A stretch of DNA of 64,000 nt from Candidatus Saccharimonadia bacterium (GCA_046597065.1 JBKJLI010000002.1:116071-180070); one strand, 5' to 3'; shown: positions 39,188 to 49,642, numbered from the stretch's first letter. Program-made: numbers and translations. The notes: a model not told the origin generated them from the letters alone.

Positions 39188-40605
39188 GTGTTAATTTAAG
39201 ACGTCCGATAGCTGATTTGGTGGCAGAGGTTCAGGCCGGTAAACTGACAGCGGTCGAGCTGGTAGAAGCTAGCTTAGCGGCGATTAAATCTGATGATCAC
39301 CATGCCGTGCTAGAGGTTAACCCAGAAGCATTAGGTCAGGCTAAAAAGATTGATGCCGGGAATAAAAAAGGACGGCTTGCTGGGATCCCGTTTGTAGCCA
39401 AGAACAATTTCTTGACCAACCATACTCACACAACCGCTAGCAGTAATATATTGGAGCCGTTTAGAGCACCATATCAATCAACGGCAATCGAAAAGCTGGA
39501 GGCCGAAGGAGCAATTATGGTTGGTAAAGCCAACATGGACGCTTTTGCCCATGGCTCATCAACCGAAAACAGTGATTTTGGACCAACTAAAAATCCAGTT
39601 GATAGTAGTTTTTCTCCCGGCGGTTCTTCGGGTGGTTCCGCTGCTGCCGTTCGCCTAGGTCTGGCTTGTTTTGCGCTTGGTACCGATACGGGGGGCTCGA
39701 TTAGACAGCCAGCGGCCTTCAGTGGCGTAGTTGGCCTAAAACCTACCTACGGGCTAGTGTCGCGCTACGGGGTGGTAGCCATGGGCAGCTCGGTGGATGT
39801 GATTGGCCCCCTCGCTAATCGAGTGGGTGATGTAGCCTTAGTACTGGATGTAATGGCCGGTCGAGATTCTAAGGATGCCACTACTATTGAGCGCGAAAAG
39901 GAATCGTATGTTGATCTAGATAGTGGGTTGAGGGGCAAAAAAATCGGCGTTGTTAAGGAATACCTTGGCGAGGGCATCAGCGGTGAGGTGAAAGACTCGG
40001 TGATTCAGGCCATTGAGCAGATGAAGCAGGCCGGGGCCGAGGTAGAGGAGATTAGTTTGCCGGCGGTAACGCTGGCGCTGGCCAGTTACTACATTTTAGT
40101 ACCGGCCGAGATTAGCTCTAACCTGGCGCGTTATGATGGTATTCGCTTTGGCCACAGTGCCACAAATGCCAAGACGCTGGCAGAGACCTATTTGATGAGC
40201 CGCGATCAGGGCTTTGGAGCTGAGGCTAAGCGTCGGATTATGGTCGGGACTTATGTGCTGTCGAGCGGCTACTATGATGCCTACTACAAAAAGGCCCAGC
40301 AAGTCAGAACGCTGATCATCCAGCAGTTTAACGTAGCCTTTAAAAAGTTTAACTTGTTGCTGGGCCCAACCACACCGACCACGGCTTTTAAGCTGGGTGA
40401 AAAAAATCTGGATCCGTTGGCAATGTATTTGGCTGATGTTAATACCGTTGCGCTCAACTTAGTGGGCGCTTGCGGTATCAGCATACCGATAGCAGAGGCT
40501 GGGGGCCTACCGGTTGGGCTGCAACTTATGGCTGCTCAGCGTGGCGAGCGCGAATTGTTGGGTGCTGCGGCTGCAGTTGAGGAGTTGGCGGGGAGCGCAA
40601 TATGA
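39184..40605 (+). CDS. gatA: Asp/Glu-tRNA amidotransferase subunit A
   Basis: PGGSSGGS, GTDTGGSIRQP, SSNLARYDG. Confidence 0.97.
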   Translation: MSVNLRRPIADLVAEVQAGKLTAVELVEASLAAIKSDDHHAVLEVNPEALGQAKKIDAGNKKGRLAGIPFVAKNNFLTNHTHTTASSNILEPFRAPYQSTAIEKLEAEGAIMVGKANMDAFAHGSSTENSDFGPTKNPVDSSFSPGGSSGGSAAAVRLGLACFALGTDTGGSIRQPAAFSGVVGLKPTYGLVSRYGVVAMGSSVDVIGPLANRVGDVALVLDVMAGRDSKDATTIEREKESYVDLDSGLRGKKIGVVKEYLGEGISGEVKDSVIQAIEQMKQAGAEVEEISLPAVTLALASYYILVPAEISSNLARYDGIRFGHSATNAKTLAETYLMSRDQGFGAEAKRRIMVGTYVLSSGYYDAYYKKAQQVRTLIIQQFNVAFKKFNLLLGPTTPTTAFKLGEKNLDPLAMYLADVNTVALNLVGACGISIPIAEAGGLPVGLQLMAAQRGERELLGAAAAVEELAGSAI

Positions 40606-41033
40606 TTTGGTACTTGGTGATAATTTTAGCGGCAGGGTTGTTGATACTTGCGGTGATGATGCGGCCACAATCCAGCACCAAGAGGAAGCATGGAAGCAAT
40701 CGTACGGGCGTGATGGACCGCGAGTTTGTGGCTCGAAAGTGGGCGGACATAGAGTTGATGGTTGCGGGTCGTGGCGGAAGTTTGCGCGACGCCGTTAGCG
40801 AAGCCGACAAACTGCTGGATTACGCCTTAAAGCACTCGGGAGTTTCGGGTGCAACCATGGGCGAGCGCCTAAAAAACTCGCGGGGTCGCTTTAGTAATCT
40901 CGATGAGATTTGGAACGCCCACAAATTGCGCAATGCCCTAGCCCACGAGGCTGATTTTGACCTAGTAGCGACACAGGCTAAGCAGGCCGTCGACCAGTTA
41001 AAGCAAGGTCTAAAAGATTTGGGTGCACTATGA
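40602..41033 (+). CDS. membrane-anchored protein with HEPN-like RNxxxH motif
   Basis: N-terminal TM; EADKLLD...GERL...AHKLRNALAHE. Confidence 0.7.
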   Translation: MIWYLVIILAAGLLILAVMMRPQSSTKRKHGSNRTGVMDREFVARKWADIELMVAGRGGSLRDAVSEADKLLDYALKHSGVSGATMGERLKNSRGRFSNLDEIWNAHKLRNALAHEADFDLVATQAKQAVDQLKQGLKDLGAL

Positions 41034-42475
41034 GCAAGTATGAGATTGTTATAGGCATCGAGACTCACGTGCAGCTGGCCACTAAAAGCAAACTGTTCTG
41101 TGGCTGTAATAATGATTCGCGAACGGCAACGCCAAACGCTCACGTTTGCCCAGTTTGCGCCGGTTTCCCGGGCGCGTTGCCGGTGCTAAATCATCGGGCG
41201 GTCGAACTATCGCTAATAGCTGGCCAAGCCTTAAATGCTTATGAAAATACAAAACCGTTTAAGTCTAAGTTTGACCGTAAAAATTACTTTTACCCCGATA
41301 GTCCAATGAATTATCAGATTACCCAGTTTGATCAGCCAATTGTGGGCAGAGGATTCGTGGAATTGCCGGGTGGCAAGAAAGTGGGTGTAACTCGAGCTCA
41401 CTTGGAAGCAGATGCCGGCAAGTTAACTCATCCTGATGGCAAAAATTATTCGCTTGTCGATTTAAATCGGGCCGGCACACCCCTGCTCGAGATTGTGTCA
41501 GAGCCAGATATGCGCAGCGCGGGTGAGGCTAAAAGCTATGCCCATGAACTGCACAACCTGATGCGCTATGCCGCTGTCAGCGATGCAAACCTTTACTATG
41601 GCAACATGCGCTTTGACGTTAATGTTAGCCTGCGGCCAGCGGGAAGTAACCAGTTAGGCACCCGTACCGAAACCAAAAATCTTAACTCTTTTAAGGCGGT
41701 GGCCGGCGCGGTTGAGTTTGAGGCCAGACGTCAAGTGGTAGTTTTGGATAAGGGCGAAAAGGTAATACAAGAAACCCGCGGCTGGGATGATGCCAAGAAC
41801 TGTACTTTTTCGCAGCGCAGTAAGGAAGAAGCGCACGATTATCGCTATTTTCCTGAACCAGATCTACCGCCATTAGAAATAACGGCAGCAATGTTAGAAC
41901 GGGCGCGTAAGGACTTTCCTAAAGATCGCCATCCAACTTATATTCGCAGTCAAATGATCGGACATGGGTTGGATAAAAGCATCGTTGAAACGCTAATAAG
42001 TGAACCAATGCTAGCCTTTTTGTATCTAGATTCTATTAAAGGCGATCATAAAGGTTATCATCGCCGCATCTCCAACTGGTTAACAGGTGAAGTCAGGTCG
42101 ATAATGCAGTCTGAGCCAACCGGGCCAATCGAAAACCTTTCGTCTGATCGTTTAGTAGAGCTAGCCGAGATGGTTGAAAATGATGAACTAAGTAGCACAG
42201 CCGCTAAAGAGGTTTTGCTTGAAGTAATTAGAACCGGTCGCGAGCCACGGCATTTGGCTAAGCAAAAAAACCTCATTCAAGTTTCTGACAAAGGGGAAAT
42301 TGAAAAAATCATCCATGCGGTAATCGCGGCAAACCCAGGGCCGGTAGCTCAGTATCGAACTGGCGAGCAAAAGGTGCTAGGATTTTTAGTAGGACAGGTT
42401 ATGCAAAGCAGCCGCGGCCAAGCCAACCCGCCAGTTGTTAATCAGATTTTGAAACGCATTCTAGAGGATAAATAG
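41030..42475 (+). CDS. gatB: Asp/Glu-tRNA amidotransferase subunit B
   Basis: IGIETHVQL, FDRKNYFYPD, DYRYFPEPDL. Confidence 0.97.
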   Translation: MSKYEIVIGIETHVQLATKSKLFCGCNNDSRTATPNAHVCPVCAGFPGALPVLNHRAVELSLIAGQALNAYENTKPFKSKFDRKNYFYPDSPMNYQITQFDQPIVGRGFVELPGGKKVGVTRAHLEADAGKLTHPDGKNYSLVDLNRAGTPLLEIVSEPDMRSAGEAKSYAHELHNLMRYAAVSDANLYYGNMRFDVNVSLRPAGSNQLGTRTETKNLNSFKAVAGAVEFEARRQVVVLDKGEKVIQETRGWDDAKNCTFSQRSKEEAHDYRYFPEPDLPPLEITAAMLERARKDFPKDRHPTYIRSQMIGHGLDKSIVETLISEPMLAFLYLDSIKGDHKGYHRRISNWLTGEVRSIMQSEPTGPIENLSSDRLVELAEMVENDELSSTAAKEVLLEVIRTGREPRHLAKQKNLIQVSDKGEIEKIIHAVIAANPGPVAQYRTGEQKVLGFLVGQVMQSSRGQANPPVVNQILKRILEDK

Positions 42476-43039
42476 GTGAATACCCCCGACATTACAAGTA
42501 TTTTTACCCAGCTAACACTGGATTTAAATTCAATTCTTCCAAAAATCCCGGTGGCCATTATCACCACCTTAGTGGGTATCGTTATCATTCGAGTGATATC
42601 GTGGGTTTCTGCATGGGTGTTAGGGCTTGCCAAAATGCCACGTGGTTTAAGGTCAATTTTGATCTCAATAATCGATGTTTTGTTAGCCATCTTTTTAATT
42701 ATCGTGGTCTTACAGTCTTTGGGCTTAAACAACTTAGCGTTGATCATATCGGCCGCATTAGCAGGAATGGGCATCGCCTTTGGCAATGGCACGGTTAGCT
42801 TGGTGGCCGATGTTGTGTCTGGAATTAGCTTGGCAAACGACAAGAACTTCTCGGTTGGAGATATTGTGATTGTTGGCAAGGATGCCAATCGGGTGCAGGG
42901 TGAGGTTGTAAGCATGGACATGCGGCGTACTCGTGTTAAAACTGTCAAAGGTCATATTTACAGCTACCCGAACATAGCGATTGAGCGGGATGCTTTTGTG
43001 CTAATTGCCAAAAAACGCGACCGCAAGCCAACTATCTAA
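42476..43039 (+). CDS. small MscS-family mechanosensitive channel
   Basis: 3 TM, F.VGD, G.V..M..R.T, YPN. Confidence 0.85.
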   Translation: MNTPDITSIFTQLTLDLNSILPKIPVAIITTLVGIVIIRVISWVSAWVLGLAKMPRGLRSILISIIDVLLAIFLIIVVLQSLGLNNLALIISAALAGMGIAFGNGTVSLVADVVSGISLANDKNFSVGDIVIVGKDANRVQGEVVSMDMRRTRVKTVKGHIYSYPNIAIERDAFVLIAKKRDRKPTI

Positions 43040-43101
43040 ACGCCAAAGCTTGCGCCATGTGCTCGAGCGATCGATAATAGAGAAATAAACAGCGGGCAAG
43101 A

Positions 43102-43392
43102 ATGGATTCAAATCAAATTCAAACAATCTTAGTAGTGCTACTATCGGTCGGCTTTTTAATGCTGCTGGCTCTAGGTATTGCGATGTCTTACATCATGATT
43201 AAGATATTAATGAACTTACGACGTTTAACCCAGCGGCTAGATGAAACTACTGAAAACGTCGGTGAGATGGCTAAATATATCGGTAAAAAAGTTGGTCCAG
43301 CGGCAGCCTCGGCGGTAGCATCGGTAATTTTTAGACGAGCTAAGTCAGGATTTAAAAGGGGTAGAAAGGAAAAAGATAATGGGGAGGAATAA
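43102..43392 (+). CDS. single-TM coiled-coil protein (DUF948/YtxG-like)
   Basis: TM plus heptads; adjacent to YtxH-like gene. Confidence 0.6.
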   Translation: MDSNQIQTILVVLLSVGFLMLLALGIAMSYIMIKILMNLRRLTQRLDETTENVGEMAKYIGKKVGPAAASAVASVIFRRAKSGFKRGRKEKDNGEE

Positions 43393-43882
43393 TGAAGTGA
43401 AGAAACATACCAAAGGGTTTGTTAAGGGAACCTTAATTGGGGCGGCCATTGGCAGCCTGGCAGCACTACTACTAGCACCCAAAAGCGGAAAAGAGACTCA
43501 AGCCGACATTAAGGCCAAGGCGCGCAAGGTAGTAAAGGATGTTGATCAACGGGTAACCGATTTACAATCAGAGCTTGATGGTCGAATTGATGAGTTTAAA
43601 GTAGTCGCCAAAGATTTACGAGGTGAAGCATATGAAGAGAGCCAAAAATTGGTAACTAAGGCCGAGCTGTTAAAGCAGGACCTACAGGACTCGGCTGGCA
43701 AGATTGGTAAAGCCGGCAAGTCGGTTAAAGACGATGCCGTGATTGACGCTAAGCGTCTGGTTAGCGAGGGCTCGGCTGTTATTAGCGAGTTAGAGCGAGC
43801 GACCAAAAAGATTATACGTTCGGCGCAGGATAAGGTTAAAGAACAAGGAGAGCGTCAGGGCGGCGATGACGATCAAGAATAG
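43379..43882 (+). CDS. YtxH domain protein
   Basis: G.LIGAAIG..AALLLAPKSGKET. Confidence 0.88.
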   Translation: MGRNNEVKKHTKGFVKGTLIGAAIGSLAALLLAPKSGKETQADIKAKARKVVKDVDQRVTDLQSELDGRIDEFKVVAKDLRGEAYEESQKLVTKAELLKQDLQDSAGKIGKAGKSVKDDAVIDAKRLVSEGSAVISELERATKKIIRSAQDKVKEQGERQGGDDDQE

Positions 43883-44135
43883 CCCAACGGCAGAAGATTA
43901 TGAGCGATTGGGCCGGGCGATAGAAGCGGCATTGATTGATGACTATATCGACTTGCTTGGAAATACGCGACGTCAGGTACGCGGTGCATTTGTAAGGGGA
44001 TTGTTCACTGGCTTAGGCACTGTGCTGGGAGCAACACTGATCGTGGCATTCATTGTGTGGCTGCTACACCTATTGGGTGGCCTACCAGTCGTCGGTCAAT
44101 ACCTCCAAGGCGCCAGCGACACTATCGTTAAGTAA
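43866..44135 (+). CDS. small membrane protein (DUF5665-like)
   Basis: F.RGLF.GLGTVLGAT...LP.VG. Confidence 0.75.
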   Translation: MTIKNSPTAEDYERLGRAIEAALIDDYIDLLGNTRRQVRGAFVRGLFTGLGTVLGATLIVAFIVWLLHLLGGLPVVGQYLQGASDTIVK

Positions 44136-44210
44136 CTTAATCAAACCGGAGTTGCGGGCTGCACAGGCCTTAGCGCTTATGCTAAAATTGAGCCAGTAAA
44201 GGGGACCGGT

Positions 44211-47200
44211 GTGAGTCAAACTACTAAGGACGCGGCGGCAAAAACGGCCACCGCGGCCAATTTCGTTCATTTGCATACGCACACACATTACAGCTTGCTG
44301 GATGGGCTGCAAAAAGTACCTCAGCTACTCGACCGTGTGAAAGAGCTGGGCATGAACGCCGTGGCGCTGACCGATCATGGAACGCTAACCGGTGCCATCG
44401 AGTTTTATAACGAAGCTAAAAAGCGCGACATAAAGCCAATTATTGGTCTTGAGGCCTATGTGGCTCCTCGCGGAATGGGTGACAAAACCGGCAAGGTGGA
44501 TGCCAACCCTTACCATTTAATTTTGCTAGCCAAGAATTTGACTGGCTATCACAATTTAATGAAATTATCGACAAGAGCCCACTTGGACGGCTTTTACTAC
44601 AAACCGCGGGTTGATCGCGAGCTTTTAGCCGAGCTCAAAGAGGGTCTTATTGTGTTGTCTGGTTGTGCTTCCGGTGAGGTGGCAAAGCATATCTTAAACG
44701 GATCATTGGATGAAGCCCAAGCCACCATTGAATGGTATCGTGACACTTTTGGTAAAGATAATTATTATCTGGAACTTCAAGATCATGAAGAATGGGAACC
44801 CCAGATTCGGATTAACCAGGGCTTAATCAAGTTGAGTAAAGCAACCGGCGTGCCACTAGTTGTAACCAGCGATAGCCACTACACTAAACGCGACGATCGT
44901 GAAGCTCATGAGGTGCTACTGTGCGTTCAGACCGGAAAGACGATTGGCGACACCGATCGCATGGAAATGGATATGGCGCTATATGTATCGAGCGCAGATG
45001 AAGTGGCAGAGCGTTGGAAGGAGTATCCCGAAGCAGTCGCTAACTCGCTTAAAATCGCAGATGCCTGTGACATTAAACTCGTCATGGACCGCATTTTGAT
45101 TCCGCGCTTTCCAACCCCCGAGGGCAAACAGGAGTCGGGCTATCTGCGTGAGCTCTGCTGGCAGGGATTAATGTGGCGTTATGGGGATATACCTAAAGAA
45201 GATATGCATACTGCCTCGGAGGAGCGGGCGCGCAAAGAGCTGCCGGCTGCGGTAGTAGAGCGGGCCGATTTTGAGCTAGGAGTCATCGGCAAAATGAAGT
45301 ACGAAGGCTATTTCTTAATCGTGGCGGATTTTGTTAACTGGGGCAAAAACCAAGGTATCATTTTTGGTCCCGGTCGTGGTTCAGCTGCTGGTGCCATTAT
45401 TGCCTATGCTCTTAATATCACCGATCTCGATCCCTTAAAGTACGACCTACTATTCGAACGTTTTTTAAACCCAGACCGCATTAGCATGCCGGATATTGAC
45501 ATCGACATCCAAGATACCCGTCGTGATGAGGTTATTGCCTACGTGACCGAAAAATACGGTCAGGATCAGGTAGCTCAGATAATTACCTTTGGGACCATGG
45601 CCGCCCGAAACGCCGTACGCGATACAGGACGAGCGTTGGGCATGAGTTATGCCGAAGTTGATGCTATAGCAAAACTTGTGCCCCAGCCGGTGCAGGGCCG
45701 CCACGTTCCGTTGAGCATCGCCGCCGGGTTAAAGCCAGCCAAAGGCGATTTGCGACCGGCGCCGGAACTTGTAGCCGAATATCAGGCAAACCCACGAGCT
45801 AAGAACCTGATTGATCTGGCCTGTAAGCTCGAGGGTACGATTCGTTCAAACAGTGTACATGCCGCCGGCGTGGTGATTGCACCCGATGCCATCGTTAACT
45901 ACACACCGCTGCAGCGTGCCCAAAAAGGCGGCATTTGCACCCAGTACTCGATGAACCCGATCGAGCAACTGGGGTTACTCAAAATGGACTTTTTAGGTCT
46001 TTCAAACTTAACGATAATTAAAAATACACTGCGCGTAATTAAGCGGGTGCATGGCGTTTCAATCGACATCGCCGACATTCCGCTTGATGACACTAAGACT
46101 TACGAGTTGTTTACACGCGGCGACACCACGGGGGTTTTCCAGTTGGAATCAGCTGGAATGAAGCGGTACTTACGTGCGCTTAAGCCCACCAAGTTTGATG
46201 ATATTGTAGCGATGGTGGCGCTGTATCGTCCTGGCCCAATGCAGTTTATTGATGACTTTATCGAGCGTAAGCATGGTCGCCGACGGGTTAGTTTTGAGCA
46301 CTCCGGCATGGAAGCGGCGCTAAGCGAAACCTATGGCATCTTGGTTTACCAAGAGCAGTTCATGCAAATCAGCAAGGACATGTGCGGGTTTACGGGAGGC
46401 CAGGCCGACACGCTGCGAAAGGCCATCGGCAAAAAGCAGCGCGACACCATGGCCAAAATGAAGACGGCTTTTATTGATGGTATGGTGGATCATTCCAAAG
46501 TAGAGCGTCATTTTGCCGAAACCTTTTGGGGCCAGCTTGAAGCTTTTGCAGACTACTGTTTTAACAAATCTCACTCCGCCTGCTACGCCCTGATAGCGGT
46601 TCAGACTGCTTATTTAAAGGCCAACTATCCTGCGGCTTTTATGGCGGCATTAATGACCAGCAACTATGACAACATCGACAAGATTTCGATGGAGGTTAGC
46701 GAGTGCCAACGTATGGGTATAAAGGTGCTCCCTCCTGACGTAAATGAGAGCTTTTTAGAGTTTAGTGTGCTGCCTGAAAGTGGCGATATCCGCTTTGGCC
46801 TGAGTGCCATCAAAAACGTTGGCACAGGGGCGATAGAAGCAGTGTTGTTGGCTCGCGAAACCGGCGGGCCGTTTTTTGGAGTTGAGGATTTTGCTAAGCG
46901 GGTAAACGCCGGAGAGGTAAACCGCAAAGTCTGGGAAGCTTTAATTAAAACCGGCGCGATGGATCGTTTTGGGGAGCGTTGGCAGCTGCTTTTTAACCTT
47001 GACACCATTACCTCATATGCATCAAAGGCCCAAAAGAATGCTCTTAGCGGTCAAATCGATATTTTTGGCTCGATGGGAGTGGAGGATGCTTTGCCGGGTA
47101 TTCGGATGGAGCACCCACCAACCGCGCCAGATCCACGCGAACAGCTTACCTGGGAACGTGAGCTACTAGGGCTGTATCTGTCGCATCACCCCCTAGATGA

Positions 47201-47885
47201 GTTCAGCGAGTATTTAGAACGTACTACAACGCCAATAGTCGATATTGGGGTTGAGCATGAGGGCCAGTCGGTGACGGTTGGTGGCTTAATTACGACTGTG
47301 CGCAAAATTACTACCAAAAATGGTGCCACCATGGCGTTTGTGGCAGTAGAGGACAAAAGCCAATCCGAGGGCAGGAGTAATAGCTTAGAGCTGATAGTTT
47401 TTCCGAAAGCTTACGAAAAAAGTCCTGAGCTATGGGAGCCGGACATGGTGGTAGCGGTACAGGGAAAAGTTTCAACCAAGGACCGCGATGGTCGGGTAGG
47501 TGAGATTAAAGTGATGGTTGATAAGGCGATTAAGGTTGACCCGCAGCTAGTAGTGGCTAGTGGCAAGCGGGTCGGCGCACCAAAGCTTACGAAAGCGGCA
47601 CCGTTAAAGTTGGCAGTAGCTGAGGCGGCAGCCCCTATCGCCCAAGTCTTGATCGAAATCAAACTGGCGTCAATGACTGATGTGGCGGTACTCACTGCCA
47701 TAAAAGATATCGTGTCGGCAGCGCCAGGCGATAGCGAGGTGCACTTGCACTTGCCCGGAACACCGGTAAAAAAGATTCGCATGCCTGGTGGAGTTACCAT
47801 TAGTGACAAGCTATTAGAACGGCTGCGATTGGTTGTTAAGGGTGGTAGTGTGGAGAAAATTGATTTAGTAGAGAGGGTGGCATAG
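44211..47885 (+). CDS. dnaE: DNA polymerase III alpha subunit
   Basis: HLH.HT.YSLLDG, GRGSAAG, MPDIDID, KMDFLGL, FNKSH. Confidence 0.98.
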   Translation: MSQTTKDAAAKTATAANFVHLHTHTHYSLLDGLQKVPQLLDRVKELGMNAVALTDHGTLTGAIEFYNEAKKRDIKPIIGLEAYVAPRGMGDKTGKVDANPYHLILLAKNLTGYHNLMKLSTRAHLDGFYYKPRVDRELLAELKEGLIVLSGCASGEVAKHILNGSLDEAQATIEWYRDTFGKDNYYLELQDHEEWEPQIRINQGLIKLSKATGVPLVVTSDSHYTKRDDREAHEVLLCVQTGKTIGDTDRMEMDMALYVSSADEVAERWKEYPEAVANSLKIADACDIKLVMDRILIPRFPTPEGKQESGYLRELCWQGLMWRYGDIPKEDMHTASEERARKELPAAVVERADFELGVIGKMKYEGYFLIVADFVNWGKNQGIIFGPGRGSAAGAIIAYALNITDLDPLKYDLLFERFLNPDRISMPDIDIDIQDTRRDEVIAYVTEKYGQDQVAQIITFGTMAARNAVRDTGRALGMSYAEVDAIAKLVPQPVQGRHVPLSIAAGLKPAKGDLRPAPELVAEYQANPRAKNLIDLACKLEGTIRSNSVHAAGVVIAPDAIVNYTPLQRAQKGGICTQYSMNPIEQLGLLKMDFLGLSNLTIIKNTLRVIKRVHGVSIDIADIPLDDTKTYELFTRGDTTGVFQLESAGMKRYLRALKPTKFDDIVAMVALYRPGPMQFIDDFIERKHGRRRVSFEHSGMEAALSETYGILVYQEQFMQISKDMCGFTGGQADTLRKAIGKKQRDTMAKMKTAFIDGMVDHSKVERHFAETFWGQLEAFADYCFNKSHSACYALIAVQTAYLKANYPAAFMAALMTSNYDNIDKISMEVSECQRMGIKVLPPDVNESFLEFSVLPESGDIRFGLSAIKNVGTGAIEAVLLARETGGPFFGVEDFAKRVNAGEVNRKVWEALIKTGAMDRFGERWQLLFNLDTITSYASKAQKNALSGQIDIFGSMGVEDALPGIRMEHPPTAPDPREQLTWERELLGLYLSHHPLDEFSEYLERTTTPIVDIGVEHEGQSVTVGGLITTVRKITTKNGATMAFVAVEDKSQSEGRSNSLELIVFPKAYEKSPELWEPDMVVAVQGKVSTKDRDGRVGEIKVMVDKAIKVDPQLVVASGKRVGAPKLTKAAPLKLAVAEAAAPIAQVLIEIKLASMTDVAVLTAIKDIVSAAPGDSEVHLHLPGTPVKKIRMPGGVTISDKLLERLRLVVKGGSVEKIDLVERVA

Positions 47886-47936
47886 TCACCCCAGAGCCTT
47901 GATCTTAGGCCCAGATCATGCTAGATTACTTGGGTT

Positions 47937-48566
47937 ATGCATCCGACTATTACTGAAATTGAGACCCGCCACCGCAAGCCGGCCATTGCCGCCGTGCGAT
48001 CTGGTGATACCGTACGTGTTCACCAGCTGATTCGTGAAGGGGCCAAGCAGCGAGTGCAGGTGTTCGAAGGCGTGGTTATTCGTACAGACCGCATGGACAG
48101 CGTTACGGCCTCAATTACGGTTCGCCGGATAGCCAGCGGCATCGGAGTTGAAAAGACTTTTTTAATGCACTCTCCTAACATTGATAGGGTAGAGGTGATG
48201 CGCCGCGGTAAGGTTCGCCGTAATTATCTAACCTTTTTGCGAGATCGCCGCGGTAAGTCGGCTCGGCTAAAAGAGGTGGCCTTAGATCGTGATGAGGTTA
48301 ATGTGACCCCGGTTAAAGATGTTGTCATGGAAGACCCCATCGCTGACGCTGACGATAATGTTGATGCCGATATCACCGAGATTGATCCTGGTTCCGGCGA
48401 AGACGAGCTGAATCAAGCCGATGAATCTACCGAAGATGTTGCTAAAACTGAGTCCAAAGAGGCGGCGGCTGATGATGCGAATGCCGAAGACGGTGGTGGC
48501 GATGAGTCGGTGGCAGAAGTTGAAGAAGCCGAAATTGGCGTTGATAAGGCCGATAAAGCCGTATAG
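47937..48566 (+). CDS. rplS: 50S ribosomal protein L19 with long acidic C-terminal extension
   Basis: GDTVRVH, R.Q.FEGVVI, GVEKTF, GKVRR, GKSAR. Confidence 0.96.
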   Translation: MHPTITEIETRHRKPAIAAVRSGDTVRVHQLIREGAKQRVQVFEGVVIRTDRMDSVTASITVRRIASGIGVEKTFLMHSPNIDRVEVMRRGKVRRNYLTFLRDRRGKSARLKEVALDRDEVNVTPVKDVVMEDPIADADDNVDADITEIDPGSGEDELNQADESTEDVAKTESKEAAADDANAEDGGGDESVAEVEEAEIGVDKADKAV

Positions 48567-48592
48567 TACAACTTAATAGTTAAGTTTTGATT

Positions 48593-48619
48593 AAAAAGTC
48601 CCGTATTACGGGGCTTTTT
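48593..48619 (+). terminator. intrinsic terminator after rplS
   Basis: AAAAAGTCCCGT-att-ACGGGGCTTTTT. Confidence 0.75.
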
Positions 48620-48634
48620 GGTATTGTTTAGTAT

Positions 48635-49309
48635 ATGGGGGCGATAATACATCCAACACGTGATGCCGAAAAGAGCTGGTGGCAAGCCGGTAAGCTACTA
48701 GTGGCCGGCATCGACGAGGTCGGTCGCGGGCCAGCGGCCGGGCCGGTAACCGTTGGGGCAGTTATATTGCCCCAAAATTGCCGGCTTCATGGGGTCGCAG
48801 ACTCCAAGCTGCTAACTGCGCCAGCTCGCATCCGGCTAGCCAGGCTAATTAAGCGCCAAGCTATAGCAGTTGGGCTGGGTTGGGCATCTTGCACTGAAAT
48901 CGACGACATTGGTATAACTGCTGCGCTCAAGCTAGCATCGATTAGGGCCATTGCCCAGTTAAATCCACAGCCAGTCGTTATCATACTGGATGGAAATCAT
49001 AACTATTTAGGTGACGAATACCTGGTGGATGTGGTTGTTAAGGCCGATCAAACCTGTATGGCTGCTGCTGCCGCCAGTGTTATTGCTAAGGTTGCTCGCG
49101 ATAACTATATGGAGTTAGTTGCCCAGCGACATCCCGAATACGGCTTGGCCTCAAATAAAGGCTATCTATCAACGGCGCACCTGGCTGCTCTTGAAGAACA
49201 TGGGCCCAGCCCAGCCCATCGGCATAGTTGGAAAGGAGTTGGAGTATCAGTAGTAACCCAGCCTCAAGCACAACCACGGCAGTCGGTAGGGCAGCTGAGC
49301 TTGCTGTAG
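48635..49309 (+). CDS. rnhB: ribonuclease HII
   Basis: GIDEVGRGP, DSK, LDG, AASVIAKV.RD, KGY, HR.S. Confidence 0.96.
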   Translation: MGAIIHPTRDAEKSWWQAGKLLVAGIDEVGRGPAAGPVTVGAVILPQNCRLHGVADSKLLTAPARIRLARLIKRQAIAVGLGWASCTEIDDIGITAALKLASIRAIAQLNPQPVVIILDGNHNYLGDEYLVDVVVKADQTCMAAAAASVIAKVARDNYMELVAQRHPEYGLASNKGYLSTAHLAALEEHGPSPAHRHSWKGVGVSVVTQPQAQPRQSVGQLSLL

Positions 49310-49626
49310 CCAACTGGCTTCAGCAACGCGGCCACCAAATTTTGGCCCAAAACTGGTGTATTCGTGGTGGTGAGCTCGATGTAGTATCAATTTTTAGGGG
49401 CCGTATACACGTGGTAGAAGTTAAATACCGACGGAGCGATCGGTTTGGTGGCGGACTTGATGCCATCACTCCACAAAAGCTACGCCGCGTACAAGCGACT
49501 ACTAGGTCTTGGTTAAGCCAGTATCCCGGCAGTTGGAGCGGTTATCAAATTGACGCAGCGGTTGTTTCCGGCTATCCAAAACCAACTAAAATCAACTATA
49601 TCCTCAACATTGCCCAGGTTGGCTGA
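49228..49626 (+). CDS. yraN: YraN family (UPF0102) protein; start uncertain
   Basis: G..AE..A..WL...G..IL..NW...GELD....VEVK.R. Confidence 0.88.
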   Translation: MERSWSISSNPASSTTTAVGRAAELAVANWLQQRGHQILAQNWCIRGGELDVVSIFRGRIHVVEVKYRRSDRFGGGLDAITPQKLRRVQATTRSWLSQYPGSWSGYQIDAAVVSGYPKPTKINYILNIAQVG

Positions 49627-49642
49627 TGATACAATAATTTGC

